Both the position numbers and the translations under genes were made by a program. Shown piece after piece: positions 1 through 12,200 of a DNA stretch of 36,546 bases (the stretch's first letter is position 1; every line of letters starts with the position of its first letter). The notes below the pieces were generated by a model. It saw nothing but the letters and a program-made list of their open reading frames with translations, was not told where the DNA came from and did not search any database. The stretch comes from Stramenopiles sp. TOSAG23-6 (taxonomy: Eukaryota), in assembly GCA_900128565.1 (NCBI GenBank), contig LT635941.1, positions 1 to 36,546 on the forward strand. The letters run 5' to 3'.

Positions 1-3000
1 TTTCTTGGGTTTTGTCGGAGCATTCACCAGTACCATAACAACCTTCAACGGCAACACATACAGCAACAGCTGCAATATTTTGATGTATTTTTATATTTGC
101 CTTGACACTTGTAATAACGCAGTAATGGTGAAATGGTGAATCGCAAGGATAAATTTCACCTTCCTCGCAGTAAAACCCAACAGGACATTCAATTCGTTCA
201 CTACTTCCTTCAGGACATATGTAATTTTTACCAGTTACAACATCTGTGCCCGAACAATTTTTGCGTCCCTTTCGTCGTTCGCAATAATACCCCTCCGGGC
301 ATATCTCAGTAGTCTTTGCCTTGGGACAGAAAAATCCGGCTGGACAATGTTCTGGAACTAGTGAGCCTTCTACACAAAAGTGCTTGTATTCTTTATTTTC
401 TAATCTTACGTCGCCAATATTTAAAGACCAGTCACAAGATTTCGATTCTGCAGGGGTGTAGCAATAATTCCCAACAGGACATATGCTAGACTTTCTTGAT
501 CCTTCAGGACACCATTGGCATGTCTTCGGAGATGAGTCTGCACAAAATCTATCGATATCACATCGTACTTTCAGATCCGAAGTTTCACAATAAAATCCAG
601 CTTCGCATACTTCGGGGACAGCATTTCCTCCCATACACGAAAGAGACTTTTCTTCTGCGCCCCACGTAGCAGCAACATTCCACTTACATGGCTGAACGCA
701 TTGGGCTTCATTGGTAATCGAATTACAAGCATCACTTCCTAGGCATTGACTATGACATTTAGCGACAGTATCCCGTTCATCTGTTACATCATTCCCATCC
801 TGTGTCAAACACCTTCCTCTCTGGGAAGTAGGATGCAACGTCTCTATCCAAGCACCAGACCAAGTACATGTCTCTTCTCTTTCAGCATAACCCATTCGCT
901 TGTGAGTACACTGTGACAGCTTCTCTACTTCGTGTATATGATATTTACCTTCAATATTTTCGACGCATAAGGTATCGTGATCCGTCCATGTTCCAACCTC
1001 GCCTGTAGTATCATCAGATACCGTACACGATGTCCTTGTTTTATCAGGCAACAATCTACTACGAGCAGAAAACCACGTACAAACATCGCCAGTGCAATCA
1101 CTTTCGGACTTATCAATACAATCATCGGGACCATAGCAACCTTCTGATGCTACACAAACGGGTCCATGCCAAGTACCAACTTGGCCAGTAGTACTATTTT
1201 CAGTTTCACACGAAGATAAATTATTAAGGTCCAACACAACAGAAGCATCATTTACCCAATTACATTCCGACCATAAGCATTTATTTGACACACAAGTACT
1301 AGACGAAGCAATACCAGTACAACATGCATCTGATTTGACCCAAACATTAATGTCACTATGTTTTAAACTACTAGCTGACCATAATTTGCATTCACTGATT
1401 AAAATATTGAGACCCCGATTCTGTATTTGAGTAGTGTCACTTTTACCAAAAAGGGAAACCCCAAGATATGTGCCGTTCACACTAAATTTAATATAAAACA
1501 GCTCACTTGATTGAGGAATCGATAATGATTTACCCTGTATCGCACCTTCGGTTAGCCCTGCGACATAAATATTCCCAGCCGAATCTTCCGTTGCGGTGTA
1601 GGCATTAACGTTAGCATTGTCGTCAGATACAATCTCTTTGATGAACTTTTGTTTACCCGTCGAACTATCACAGCTAATCAATAGTAAATCAGTATTTCCT
1701 TTATCATTTACTCGAGAACCTACAATTATAACATCATTTGATACCGAAGAAACATATAATGCTGCCGCCGTCGTAGCAGTCCCTGGTTTACCAAATAATG
1801 TTGTGTTTAGTATTGTCCCAGTCCCACTCATTTTTATTAAAAATGCATCTTGTGTACCGGTAATGTTGACTTCATTAAGTGTGCCGTCAGGCGTTTTTAA
1901 TGTGTTTCCAACCACCCAAATATTTCCTTTACTATCTGCAAAAAGTGCAGTTACTGTGCCATTCGTAATGTTTAAGTCCTTCTCAAATATTTCCACTAAA
2001 CTCGTACCAGTTTGAAATGAAATCAGATAACTCGTAGACTTTTTATAGACACTATTTTTGTAGTCAGCCTCTTCAAACGTATTTACTAGAACATACACCT
2101 TGCCATCAGTAGCAATGATATCGACGGGTTCGACAAGCCACACAGGTTTGTCAAATTCAAAGCATTTTTTAGTGGGTTTATCGATATTTAAATGGACAAT
2201 ACACCCGTTCGCACCGGGTTCATCTATTTTTCCTTCCTTTAACAATGCAAATATTTTCCCGGATATTGGTTGCAAAGCAAGGCCAAATGGAGTATAATAT
2301 ACGCCAGTTTCCCCAATCAATGTTTCAGACTGTAACTCGCCGTCTAAATTAAATTTCACTACTAGTAAATCAGCCTTACCAGTTAAAGCAATGTCATTGA
2401 TTGTTGACTCGGAATTGCCCAAAACCCAAACATGAGATGAATCGGTTACAATTCCGTAGCTACTAGTAGACTTTGGTAAATCTTGAGGTGTATATTTCTT
2501 CTCGATGAAAGATTTCGATGGATCTTTTGGACCACACGAAATGTTACATGTTTCCTCCCCTGATTTCCAAGCACAATCTTTTGTTTCTTCATTGTCATCT
2601 GCATCAAAATTTTCACACTCTNTTTGGCGTGTTTTCCCAATACAAGCATCTTTAAATCCACCATTACCATCAGATTCACAGCCAATAGTAGTACCAGTTG
2701 CACATGTAATTCCTGATGTTCGGACGCATCTTGGCACAGATAAATTACAATTACCTGTGCCAAAGCAACCTTCTTTGCTTACACATACATCCAAATCAGA
2801 AATATTTTTGCCGCCTATTACACATGCGTGATGATATGGTGGATCACAAGGGTATACATCTTTTCCATTTTGACAGTAGAATCCTACTGGGCATTCTTTT
2901 GGTGATCCTGTACCCTCGGGGCAGTACCACCCAACATCAGATGTTTCTTCGGTTGGAGGTACATATGTAGCACAGCTTCCAGGAACGGTCCCTTTGGGAC

Positions 3001-6000
3001 AGTACATACCTTCTGGGCATGGGTCTATTCGTATGCCGTTGCTACACATCTTCCCAAGAGGACAATCATCAGGTGATGAACTACCTTCAAGACATATATA
3101 TGATTTATCACCTCCTGCTCCTTGCATACATGGAATTTTGGTAGAAGGATCCGGACAGAAATAACCAAGAGGACAAAGAGTTCTAAACTTGGTCCCGGTA
3201 GGACAATACGAAGCTTTGCCGTCAATGTCGAGACATTTAATTTGAGTTTTTGATGTGTTACATTCGGATCCCTCTTCGCAATCTTGAGGACTAGACATAC
3301 CTGCTTCAGAATTACAGTAGTACCCATAATCGTCCGATTCACACGAATGAACATGTAAACCTTTTGTACAATAAGATCCTGCTGGACATGCTATAGGCGC
3401 ATTATTTTTTCCTGGACAATACCAAACATAATCCCTGCCTCTGAGAACAGTAACTGTAGGGACTCTGCTAGGGTCCCAAACACACGATATCGCTTCATCA
3501 GAGGACTCACAGAAGTGTCCAGCAGGGCATTCTTGCGGGTTCTTTGATCCTCTGGGACAATACGATCCGTCATTTTTACAGTATACTTCTTCTGTGCTAT
3601 TTGGTGAATAATTAGACATTGACGAAACACTAGGAGTGCCCGAGCCTTCGGGACAGTACAAAGTAAGTTCCTCTTGAGACCATATACCCATAATTGGGTT
3701 CCATTGGCATCCTTCCTCTGACTTTGACTCACAATTTGTTTGATCATATTGATGGCATCCATCTTTTCCTGTACAGTGATTTTCGCAATCTAATGGATTC
3801 TTTCTTTCTGCAGTTACATCAAGGTTGCCGAATTTTGTGATACATTTACCTCTAGGCCTATTTGGATGAGTATGAGATTTCCACGAACCATCCCAATGAC
3901 ACGTTTCTCCTGTATTTGCAAGCCCAACATACAAACTATTTCCGTCGCAGGATGTTGAATCTACTACTGGAATTACTTTGGAGTGTGATGCTGTTGTTGA
4001 GACACATTTATTTTGGGAATCATTACAACCCTCCGTGTAACTTACATCTGTACAACATACTCTATGTGAAAACCTAACAAGTCTCGCATTAGTTGAATCA
4101 CTATAAATATTTGCCCAATAAATACGACATCGTGTGTAGACAATTCCCAATCCCATATTTGCTCGACCAGCTTCGTTAAGTAGCGGATAATTAGTCGATA
4201 TTGGTCTCAAATACGGATTCTCGCCATTGTTATCAAATTCAGCTAATTGCATACTCACGCTATCATCAGTCTTGGTCTGTACTGCTACGTAAATGTTATT
4301 AAATTCGTCGGCAACCATATCTAATGTTTTTATGAGCATTAAACTGCCTAAATTCAAAGTAAAATTACAATCTTTTGTTTCTGCATTACCATCTGCATCA
4401 ACATCTTCACATTCACTTTGTGTAAATTTCCCAACACAAGCATCTCTAAATCCACCAGAATTATCAGATTCACACCCTGTAGTAGTATCATTTGTACATG
4501 TTACAGTCGAAGCTTGAAAACACTCAACTTCCTTGTGAATTACTTCTTCAGTCATATTTCCACTATCGTCAAATTGTAAGAGTAATGCTCTCCGAGTAGT
4601 AGAGCCAGTGATTATGTTTTCCTTAAAGCCTGCAACCCAAATTCGTTCAATGGAATCAACAATTATAGAAGTTCCAACAGTTAAAGATAAAGGAATGGCA
4701 ACAATTTCAGTGAAAACGATATCTCCATTGCTCTGAATTTTTCTGAGAAAAAGACTTTGTTGGCCAGTTTTTGGGTCAATTGTGTGACCTGTGAGGTATA
4801 AATCCCCAGACGAGTCAATAGCAAAATCCTTGACACTTCCAAAACCACTAAAGATTTTTCTTTTTGTAGGGTTTGTATCTGTATCAGAAGGTTGGAATTC
4901 AACAAGCCAAGATTCCTGGTGATTCCAAAGACCGTACTTTTCAACAGTGATAAGTGTATAATATTTAGTTTTGCTAAAATTGGACAAAACTCCAATCGGA
5001 ATAGTTTTATAGCCCTTGCCAAAATTATCGAAATTTAAAGTTTTTGTACCTGTATGTGCACCATCCGAAGAGAATTGCAATAAAGATATCGGATGTTCAT
5101 CATAGTCAATATTTCCTTCTACGACAGCAACTATTACACCCCCGTCACCAGTAATGGCAAAACCACCAACATTGTAGGACTTTCCAGAGATACCCCACTG
5201 ATATGTAACAGTTTCGCTTTCACTGGCAATCTTTTGAAGCAAAATATCACGAATCCCTGTGAATCCATCATTTTCCCATGTACAATCCGATGTTTCTGTA
5301 TTATTATCTGCATCAAAATCTACACATTCACTTTGCGTTAATTTCCCGATACAAGCATCTCTAAACCCACCACTACCATCAGACTCGCATCCTGCAGTAC
5401 TGCCATCTGTGCATGTTACGGATGATGTTTGAGAACAGATAATTCCCTTTTCTGCGATGACCCAAACGACTCCATCTTTGTTTACATTTACCATAGCACC
5501 GGTAATATTCGTTGAACCTTCACCAAATACATGTCTATCCGTATCTTCTTCGGAAGTTCTATCTGTAAGGCTGCAGGATTGTATCGTGCTTGTTTCAGCA
5601 CAAATAGTTGATCCTTCCAATGAAATCCCTTTCAAAACACCAATTTTGTTGTTATTATTCTCATCATGAGTAGCGCATAGCGTTTCATCGCTATGACCTG
5701 TAATTTCGGTAACAGTTTCAACCCATTCACATCCTGTATCTCTACATTTATCGGCGGTATCTTGCAATTTACATGTATCATAACTTACAGTGATTATATA
5801 ATCACATTTCGCGTTTTGAAAACACGTTGTGGCATCTAAATTAGGACATTCAGAATAAGAACTAACACACTTTTTGTCATCTGTTAGCCATGTACACTCT
5901 GAATTTGATGTACACCCAGATATGTCTAGCCCACTACAATCAGATACTGCGCTTAGTTTACACTGACCTGTTGTATAACAGCCCCTTTTAATGATACACA

Positions 6001-9000
6001 TTTCGTTTTCTTCCCATGTTCCTACCAAGCCTGTTTCAGCTGTTGGTGTTATACAAGAAATTTCAGACGTTCTCGTATTTAATATTTTATTGCTACTGAT
6101 CCAGAGACACCCATCACCACACTCATTGCACCCACTTTGACACGAACTCTTAGTTTTAAGCGCATTACACGCGGCATTATTATAACATCCTTCAACAGCA
6201 CGACACACAGGGCCATACCAATTGATATTTATATCAGGAGAGCCGGTGGGGTAATCGAAACAATTTTTCACATCCTGTGCTGAAACAGAATAAGGTTTGG
6301 TTACACCATTATCAAGTATACAAGATGACCCTTGCCATGTACTTGTCCATATTCCTACTTTGCCATTGGTAGAATCATGTTTTATACATGATTCTTCAGT
6401 TAAACGAGACGTTAAAATATATGAGTTTCCAACTATCCATTCACAATTGCTAGTGTCATTGCATACCGAATCTACATCTGTATTACATCTACCTGTCCCA
6501 TAACAACCTTCTCTAGCAATACAAACATGGCCGTGCCAACTACCATATTCAAAAGTTGTTTCATCAGGTTCGCGGCAAGACTTGAAGTTTGTACGATCCG
6601 CCAGAAGCTTTTCGCCTTTATTAATCCAATTACAATTGGTAGAATCATCACACTCTTGCTTTGAACTATTATCAGTACAATCTTTACTTCCAAAGCAACC
6701 ATCCACACTAACACATGAAGCAACTTGAGCAATGTTTTTATTGTTTACAAGACATGCATGATGATACGGGGCATCACAAGGATACTTTGAATGGCCAAAT
6801 TCACAGTAGAATCCAGGAGGGCATTTACCTCTTTTGGCGCTTCCAGCTGGACAATAATCACCATTTCTATCGCATTGATGATTTTCAGTTTCACCAATGT
6901 CATCACAAAAATATCCCACAGGACAAGTGTGACACTGTGGAAGTTGATAATCAGATGTATTGTAACTCCCGGGAGAACAACTTTCACAAGAACCACCATC
7001 TTTTAAATATTTACCTGGGCCACACAAATTAGCTACTACAGGTTCACTCCAAGCTCCCCAGTCAATTTCAAAATCACCATTGCTTGCTCTAACCCTTACC
7101 CTGTATTCTTCACTGTCGTCAACAGGATAAAGCCGAAAGAATCTGTCACCAGAACTACATCCAGAGATGTCCATGATTTTATCATCACTACCTTTGTTGC
7201 CATCGTCGTTCTCCCCCGGAGCGTATACTCTAAATGCTTTTGTAACAAAGTCAATATTAGTGTTAACATCGAAGCCAATTTTTGATATCTTTCGTCCACC
7301 ATTTGCGGGACACGTAAACATTATAATAAGGGCTTCGCTTGAAGCACCTGTGGGTAAACGTACATCCCAACACTTCACATCACCCCCACAAGGAAATAAT
7401 CGGAAGTTTTTACCTACGCGTTTCATAGAAGTTGCAAAAGCTCCATCAGCAGAATTTGGTCCCTGAAACATTTGAACAATTTCTGGTGGACTAATATTCT
7501 GTATCTTTAAAGAGCTATACATGTCTGCAGATTTTCCAACGGAATTTGATGCTTGTACACGTAACATGAGATCCATATTTGGCTCATCGACAGACATATT
7601 ACTCAGCACGGCAAGCTTAAGTGACCCTGGGGTACCATATAAAACCCAACCGGGTGCATTCCAGTCACAGTTCCCACCACAGTCTGTCTTTCCCTTCTGA
7701 AGACATGTCTCATAAGAAGTTTTGACACAAAATGACTCTGTTTTATGTGGATCACGTACCCAGCTACAATCTTCATCGCCGTTACAAGAACTTTCGACAG
7801 TAATTTTGTCGCAATCGGTTACTATCGGCCTACAATATGCTTTGTTGCCCCACCCACAGTCCTCGTTTGCATCACAAGTATCTTTATCATGCTCAAAACA
7901 TTTTAGGTCATTTGATATGGCATGACATGCTTCGTATATAAATTGAAATTGGTATCTCATTTTCTCAGAATCGATGTCAATACCTTCAATAACTGGAACT
8001 CTTGCCACAATTGTACCATTCATAGATACAACTTGAATTGGTTTTGCATCGATACCATCTAACCAATATGGCTTTGTAATCTTTAGACACTGGCCTGGTA
8101 AAGATACTCTATATGTTGTATATATATCATGGTCAGTTAATGATGCCCATTCTTCTGTAGTTGCGTCCACAAATACATTCCTTGGTTTTTCAGCATATAA
8201 CTCTTCTAAACTCGAAATTGCAAACCCAATACCCGATTGAAATGTAATCTCCCCTTCCCACGAGCATTTTTCTGCCTTACTTCGCTCCGAGTTATCTAAA
8301 CAAACTGATGATGTATCGTGTTGTTCACAACCGCTACTTCCCGTTTCTATGTTTTTACAACTTATTTGTGTTGCTTCCTGAATTTTTCCAATTTCGTCAC
8401 CATTCGAATTATACACAGAATCATTTTGCTGAAAAGGTTGTGATATATCACCAGAAATTTTGATGACTGTATCATCAATTTCATATGCTTCAAGAACGCG
8501 CAAACGCTCACTGACTTTTCCAAAGTATACATTGTTTGGTGTAAATAAACTCATACCTGGAATAAACTTTTTCCATACAGGATCCATCCACGTACCATCT
8601 GAGTCTTTACACTGACTTTCCCAGCTGGAAGACGTGCCTTCACTTTCCACTGTATCGGACACATCGTGGGTCCCGTACATGCAGGAAGGAAACTTCAATA
8701 TGTTTTTTCCATTCTGGATGATTTTATTGAAGGTATTTCCTGGTAGTTTATATATTAATCGTTTATACAGTTCAATTAAATTTGGAAGTTCTTCCAAGGT
8801 TCCAGGAGCAAGAAAAGTAAGATTTGCTTCCCACGAACAAGCATCATTTCTTCGACAATCAATGAATGTTTTGTGCTTTGCACATTGGGGGGGGGTCTCT
8901 TTATCCTTACAAGCTAATTCTTCTACGCCAGTCAGTTTTCCTATTAAAGTTCCATCAGCTTTGTATACAGTGTCGCCTGGTTTAAATGAGTGGGGAATTG

Positions 9001-9123
9001 CACCACCAGATACCCTGATTATTGCTGTTTCCTTATTGTATGTGTTAATAACATGTAATGTAGAGTCACCGCCACATACATCGCATTCACTTTGTGTATT
9101 TGCAACACCGCCAGGAACAATGC
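1..9123 (-). CDS. Gene B exon 2, 3'-partial (~3,040 codons): PRC-like motifs, FN3-like domains, Cys super-repeats, two SBBP-like propellers, CPxGxYC repeats
   Basis: Absent from the ORF track, consistent with a frame that has no stop before the window edge. Manual translation near 9120, 7051, 4318, 2428 and 4 gives the same frame as exon 1. The peptides match gene A (CIVPGGVANTQSECDVCGGDSTLHVI vs CTVPGKVAKKQIECDVCGGDTTLYVI; NIAAVAVCVAVEGCYGTGECSDKTQE identical). Confidence 0.88.
1340..2490 (-). other. SBBP-like beta-propeller 2 (gene B), counterpart of the gene A propeller
   Basis: GIVTDSSHVWVLGNSESTINDIALTGKADLLVVKFNLDG...; DSAGNIYVAGLTEGAIQG. Confidence 0.62.
4050..5270 (-). other. SBBP-like beta-propeller 1 (gene B only)
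   Basis: Cys-poor island with FAIDSSGDLYLTG, IIVDSIERIWVAG and MVADEFNNIYVA blades. Confidence 0.55.
7040..8070 (-). other. Two fibronectin type III-like domains (gene B)
   Basis: Manual translation gives LRVQASNSVGKSA and CPANGGRKISKIGFDV...RVRASNGDFEIDWGAWSEP, collinear with gene A. Confidence 0.62.
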
Positions 9124-9213
9124 ATGTATTTTGGAAAAATATTTAACAAAAAATAGTTAGGTACAACATTTCGTACGAAAAAAAATCAAATTTGAAAAAA
9201 AAATAAAACATAC
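9124..9213 (-). other. Putative 90-nt intron with non-canonical 3' end (GT...AT)
   Basis: Minus strand: GAAAAAT|GTATGTTTT...GTACCTAACT...CCAAAATACAT|GCATTGTT. It is T-rich and contains the in-frame TAA at 9143-9145. Removal restores EKCIVPG, collinear with uninterrupted DKCTVPG in gene A. Confidence 0.72.
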
Positions 9214-12200
9214 ATTTTTCTGGTATAAACGACGCGACTTCCTTTTCACCCTTGACCAAAGGCACATTTTTGTATACTGGATCACTCCAATGACAATTAC
9301 TCTTTAGACATGAACTTTCTGTCGTCAAAGAACTACATACTTTTACTTCTACTACATGTTTATCCCAGGTACCCCCTGAATCAGTACAATCTTTTTCATT
9401 GTCCACTTCATCGGATACATCATTGCCCCCGTACACACAGTAAGAAGCCGTACCACCAATGCAGCCCCCAGCATCACTGTAGCATACGTTGTAGTTGGTA
9501 ATCGCATCAAATCCTGAAGATAAGTGAAACTCAACAAAACCATGATTTAAATGTGTGACTAATAACGGAAATGGACCTGCTACAAAGTCAGTTGCAGTCT
9601 CACAAACTTCTTTGGTAATTACAATCAATGGCATTACTACCCACGCCCCATGATGTGGACTATCGCGAACAATATCTTCTAATTCAAAAGATAAGATTGT
9701 CTTTTCTTCATCTTCATTATTACGGATCGTACCATTATATGATACCACTTTGGGATTTTCAATACACATAGTTGCACCCGAACCACCTGTATACTGCCCC
9801 TCTTGGCATACTTTACAAGTCGATTTCGTATTCGCAAAAGCTGTTGATGGTAGTTCAGCACCTGGGCCTGTGGCACCTGGGTCAGGAAAGTATTTACCTA
9901 CTTCGCAATCTATACAATCACCAACCTCATCGTGATCAATTGCACGAACAATTGAGTTATCTGGAATTCTGATGTACTTTCCAGCCACACAACTTATACA
10001 AGATACCGATCCTGTCATATCCTGATACTTTCCAGGGTCGCATACTATACAACTGAAAGGAGCCCGATCGGTGTATGTGGCTAAATTCTGTGGTACAGGA
10101 CTATGTTTACCTTTTGCACAGACATGACATGTTCCTTCGCCTTCATTACTATACTTCCCCGCTTCACAGAGGATACAATCTCCTGGGGCATCGTGATTTT
10201 TATTGTACACTTCCCATTTACAAATGAATGCACGCCCCGAATACCGCCCATCCTTCCATATTCCAATTTTACCATTGTCATCCTCATCGGGTGCTTCACA
10301 CAATTCTTTTGTTTCACGAGTCAGTTTCTCCTCATTTACCCATGTACAGCCACTATCGCTTGATTCGCCACACGTAATTTCGTCGTCTATATCTCTACAT
10401 TGAACTGAACCGTAACATCCTTGTACACACATACACTCAGGAAGAGGGAAAGTCTCACTAATACACTTTGCTTTTGTGGAAATTGCGCTACAAGTATCGC
10501 CATCGTTACTATCTACTGCTGTACATGCTGGAGGAGTAGAAGGTAGATAGCTTCCAGCGGGGCACGATATACAATTAGATTCTTTCACTTGCCCGTCAGA
10601 ATCATTCCATTTACCCGTGGCACAAATTTTACAATCAGAAATATGATCATGCTCACTTTCACGTCCATCAGCAACACCTCCAGGAGCATCAAGATATTGA
10701 CCAGCAGGACAGTTCAGGCAACGATCTTCGTCTCTGACATTCATATCAGTTATGGCCCAAAATTTACCGGGGACACAAACAATACAATCCTCCACCTGAT
10801 TATGCAATGACGGTGTAACGTCATCAATAATGTATGAACCTGCTGGACAGTGTTTGCACCTTGCTGATGATTTCACACCATTGGGTTCATCGCTGTATTT
10901 TCCTGGGGGGCAAGTATTGCAAGAATTTATACTTATTTGGCCTATTTTTTCTTGATAAGTTCCACCTGGGCAGTTATAACAATCGCTTTCATGATCATGC
11001 TTACTTGTAGTATCATAACTTGTCAAGGGATTTAGTAAACCAGCTTCATCATTATATTTCCCCATGGGGCATTTTTCACATTCCGTGGCTCCAAGAGTAT
11101 CAGAATATCTCCCAATTTGACAAACAAGACATTTGCCAAGAGAGCTATGCGCATCAGATTTATCGCTGATACTCGCTGAGGCATCGGCACTGGCAAGAAA
11201 TCTACCTTTTATACACAATATACAATCTTTTACGGGATCTCCTTGACCCTTCAAAGGATTATATCTCCCACCAGGGCAAGGTTCACAGTCCCTTATATTG
11301 TCGTGGTCAGAAGGATTTCCCTGAGTTCTTACTGTCCCAGCGGGACACATAATACAAGAGGTAGCCCCCTTTATATCTACGTATTGACCTTCACTACAAG
11401 CTGCACAATCCATTATAGGATTTGAAGAATATTCGCCCATTTTACAGATATCGCATGTAGTAGCACCTATGCCTGTTCCGGTCATTGATCCAACGGGACA
11501 GACAAAACAAGAAGTTGGAAGATTGGGTTGGCCTTCAAAAGTGTATTTTCCAGGTCCACACTTTTCACATCTATCAGATCCTTCGTTCTCTGAAAATGAT
11601 CCGGGCTCACACTTTACACAGACATTATTATCATTGTGTTCCTTTTTTCCTGCCTCACAAGGCAAGCATTTGGTAGCGTCACCTGGTGGCGTGATATATC
11701 CTTCACGACAAGCTTTACAAGAAGATGCCCCCATGGTTTCAATAAATTTCCCATAAGGACAATTGATACAACTTGTTTCATTACGTTCAGAACCAATATA
11801 TTTTCCTACTTCACAGGGAGAACATGAACCACTCGCGTATTCCGTCGAGGTAGAAAATACGTCAGGTACAAAAAAGTTTCCTTTGGGGCACATTTCACAT
11901 AATGTATTTGTTGTTCGAGTGCCTAGAGTAATTACACAGTTGTCTTCGGAAGGTATAGTATGCGGCAGACATTCACCGAGACCGCTTTCTGGAGTATAGT
12001 AACCAGTGGCACATAATTTACACGCGCTATCAACGTAACTCCTATTTTTGAAACGAATAAGAACTTTTCCGTGGCCATCATGATCGCTCGGATGTTGAAT
12101 ATGATCAATGTATTTAATTTTTCGAAGGTCATCTTCGCTATTATCTGTGAGATTTGTGGCAATGAAACTTGTCCCCCCTTTACCTCCTCTATTATCAGTA

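Noticed and set aside
8690-8790. Possible small GT-AG intron in an AT-rich stretch of gene B
   Set aside because: The frame is open and the peptide (LEELPNLIELYKRLIY) aligns with gene A (VDLEEFDELYSLSIY).
9143-9145. TAA read-through or ciliate-type stop reassignment
   Set aside because: It is the only such in-frame stop in ~35 kb of coding sequence, lies in a T-rich insert absent from the paralog, and Gln is encoded normally by CAA/CAG.
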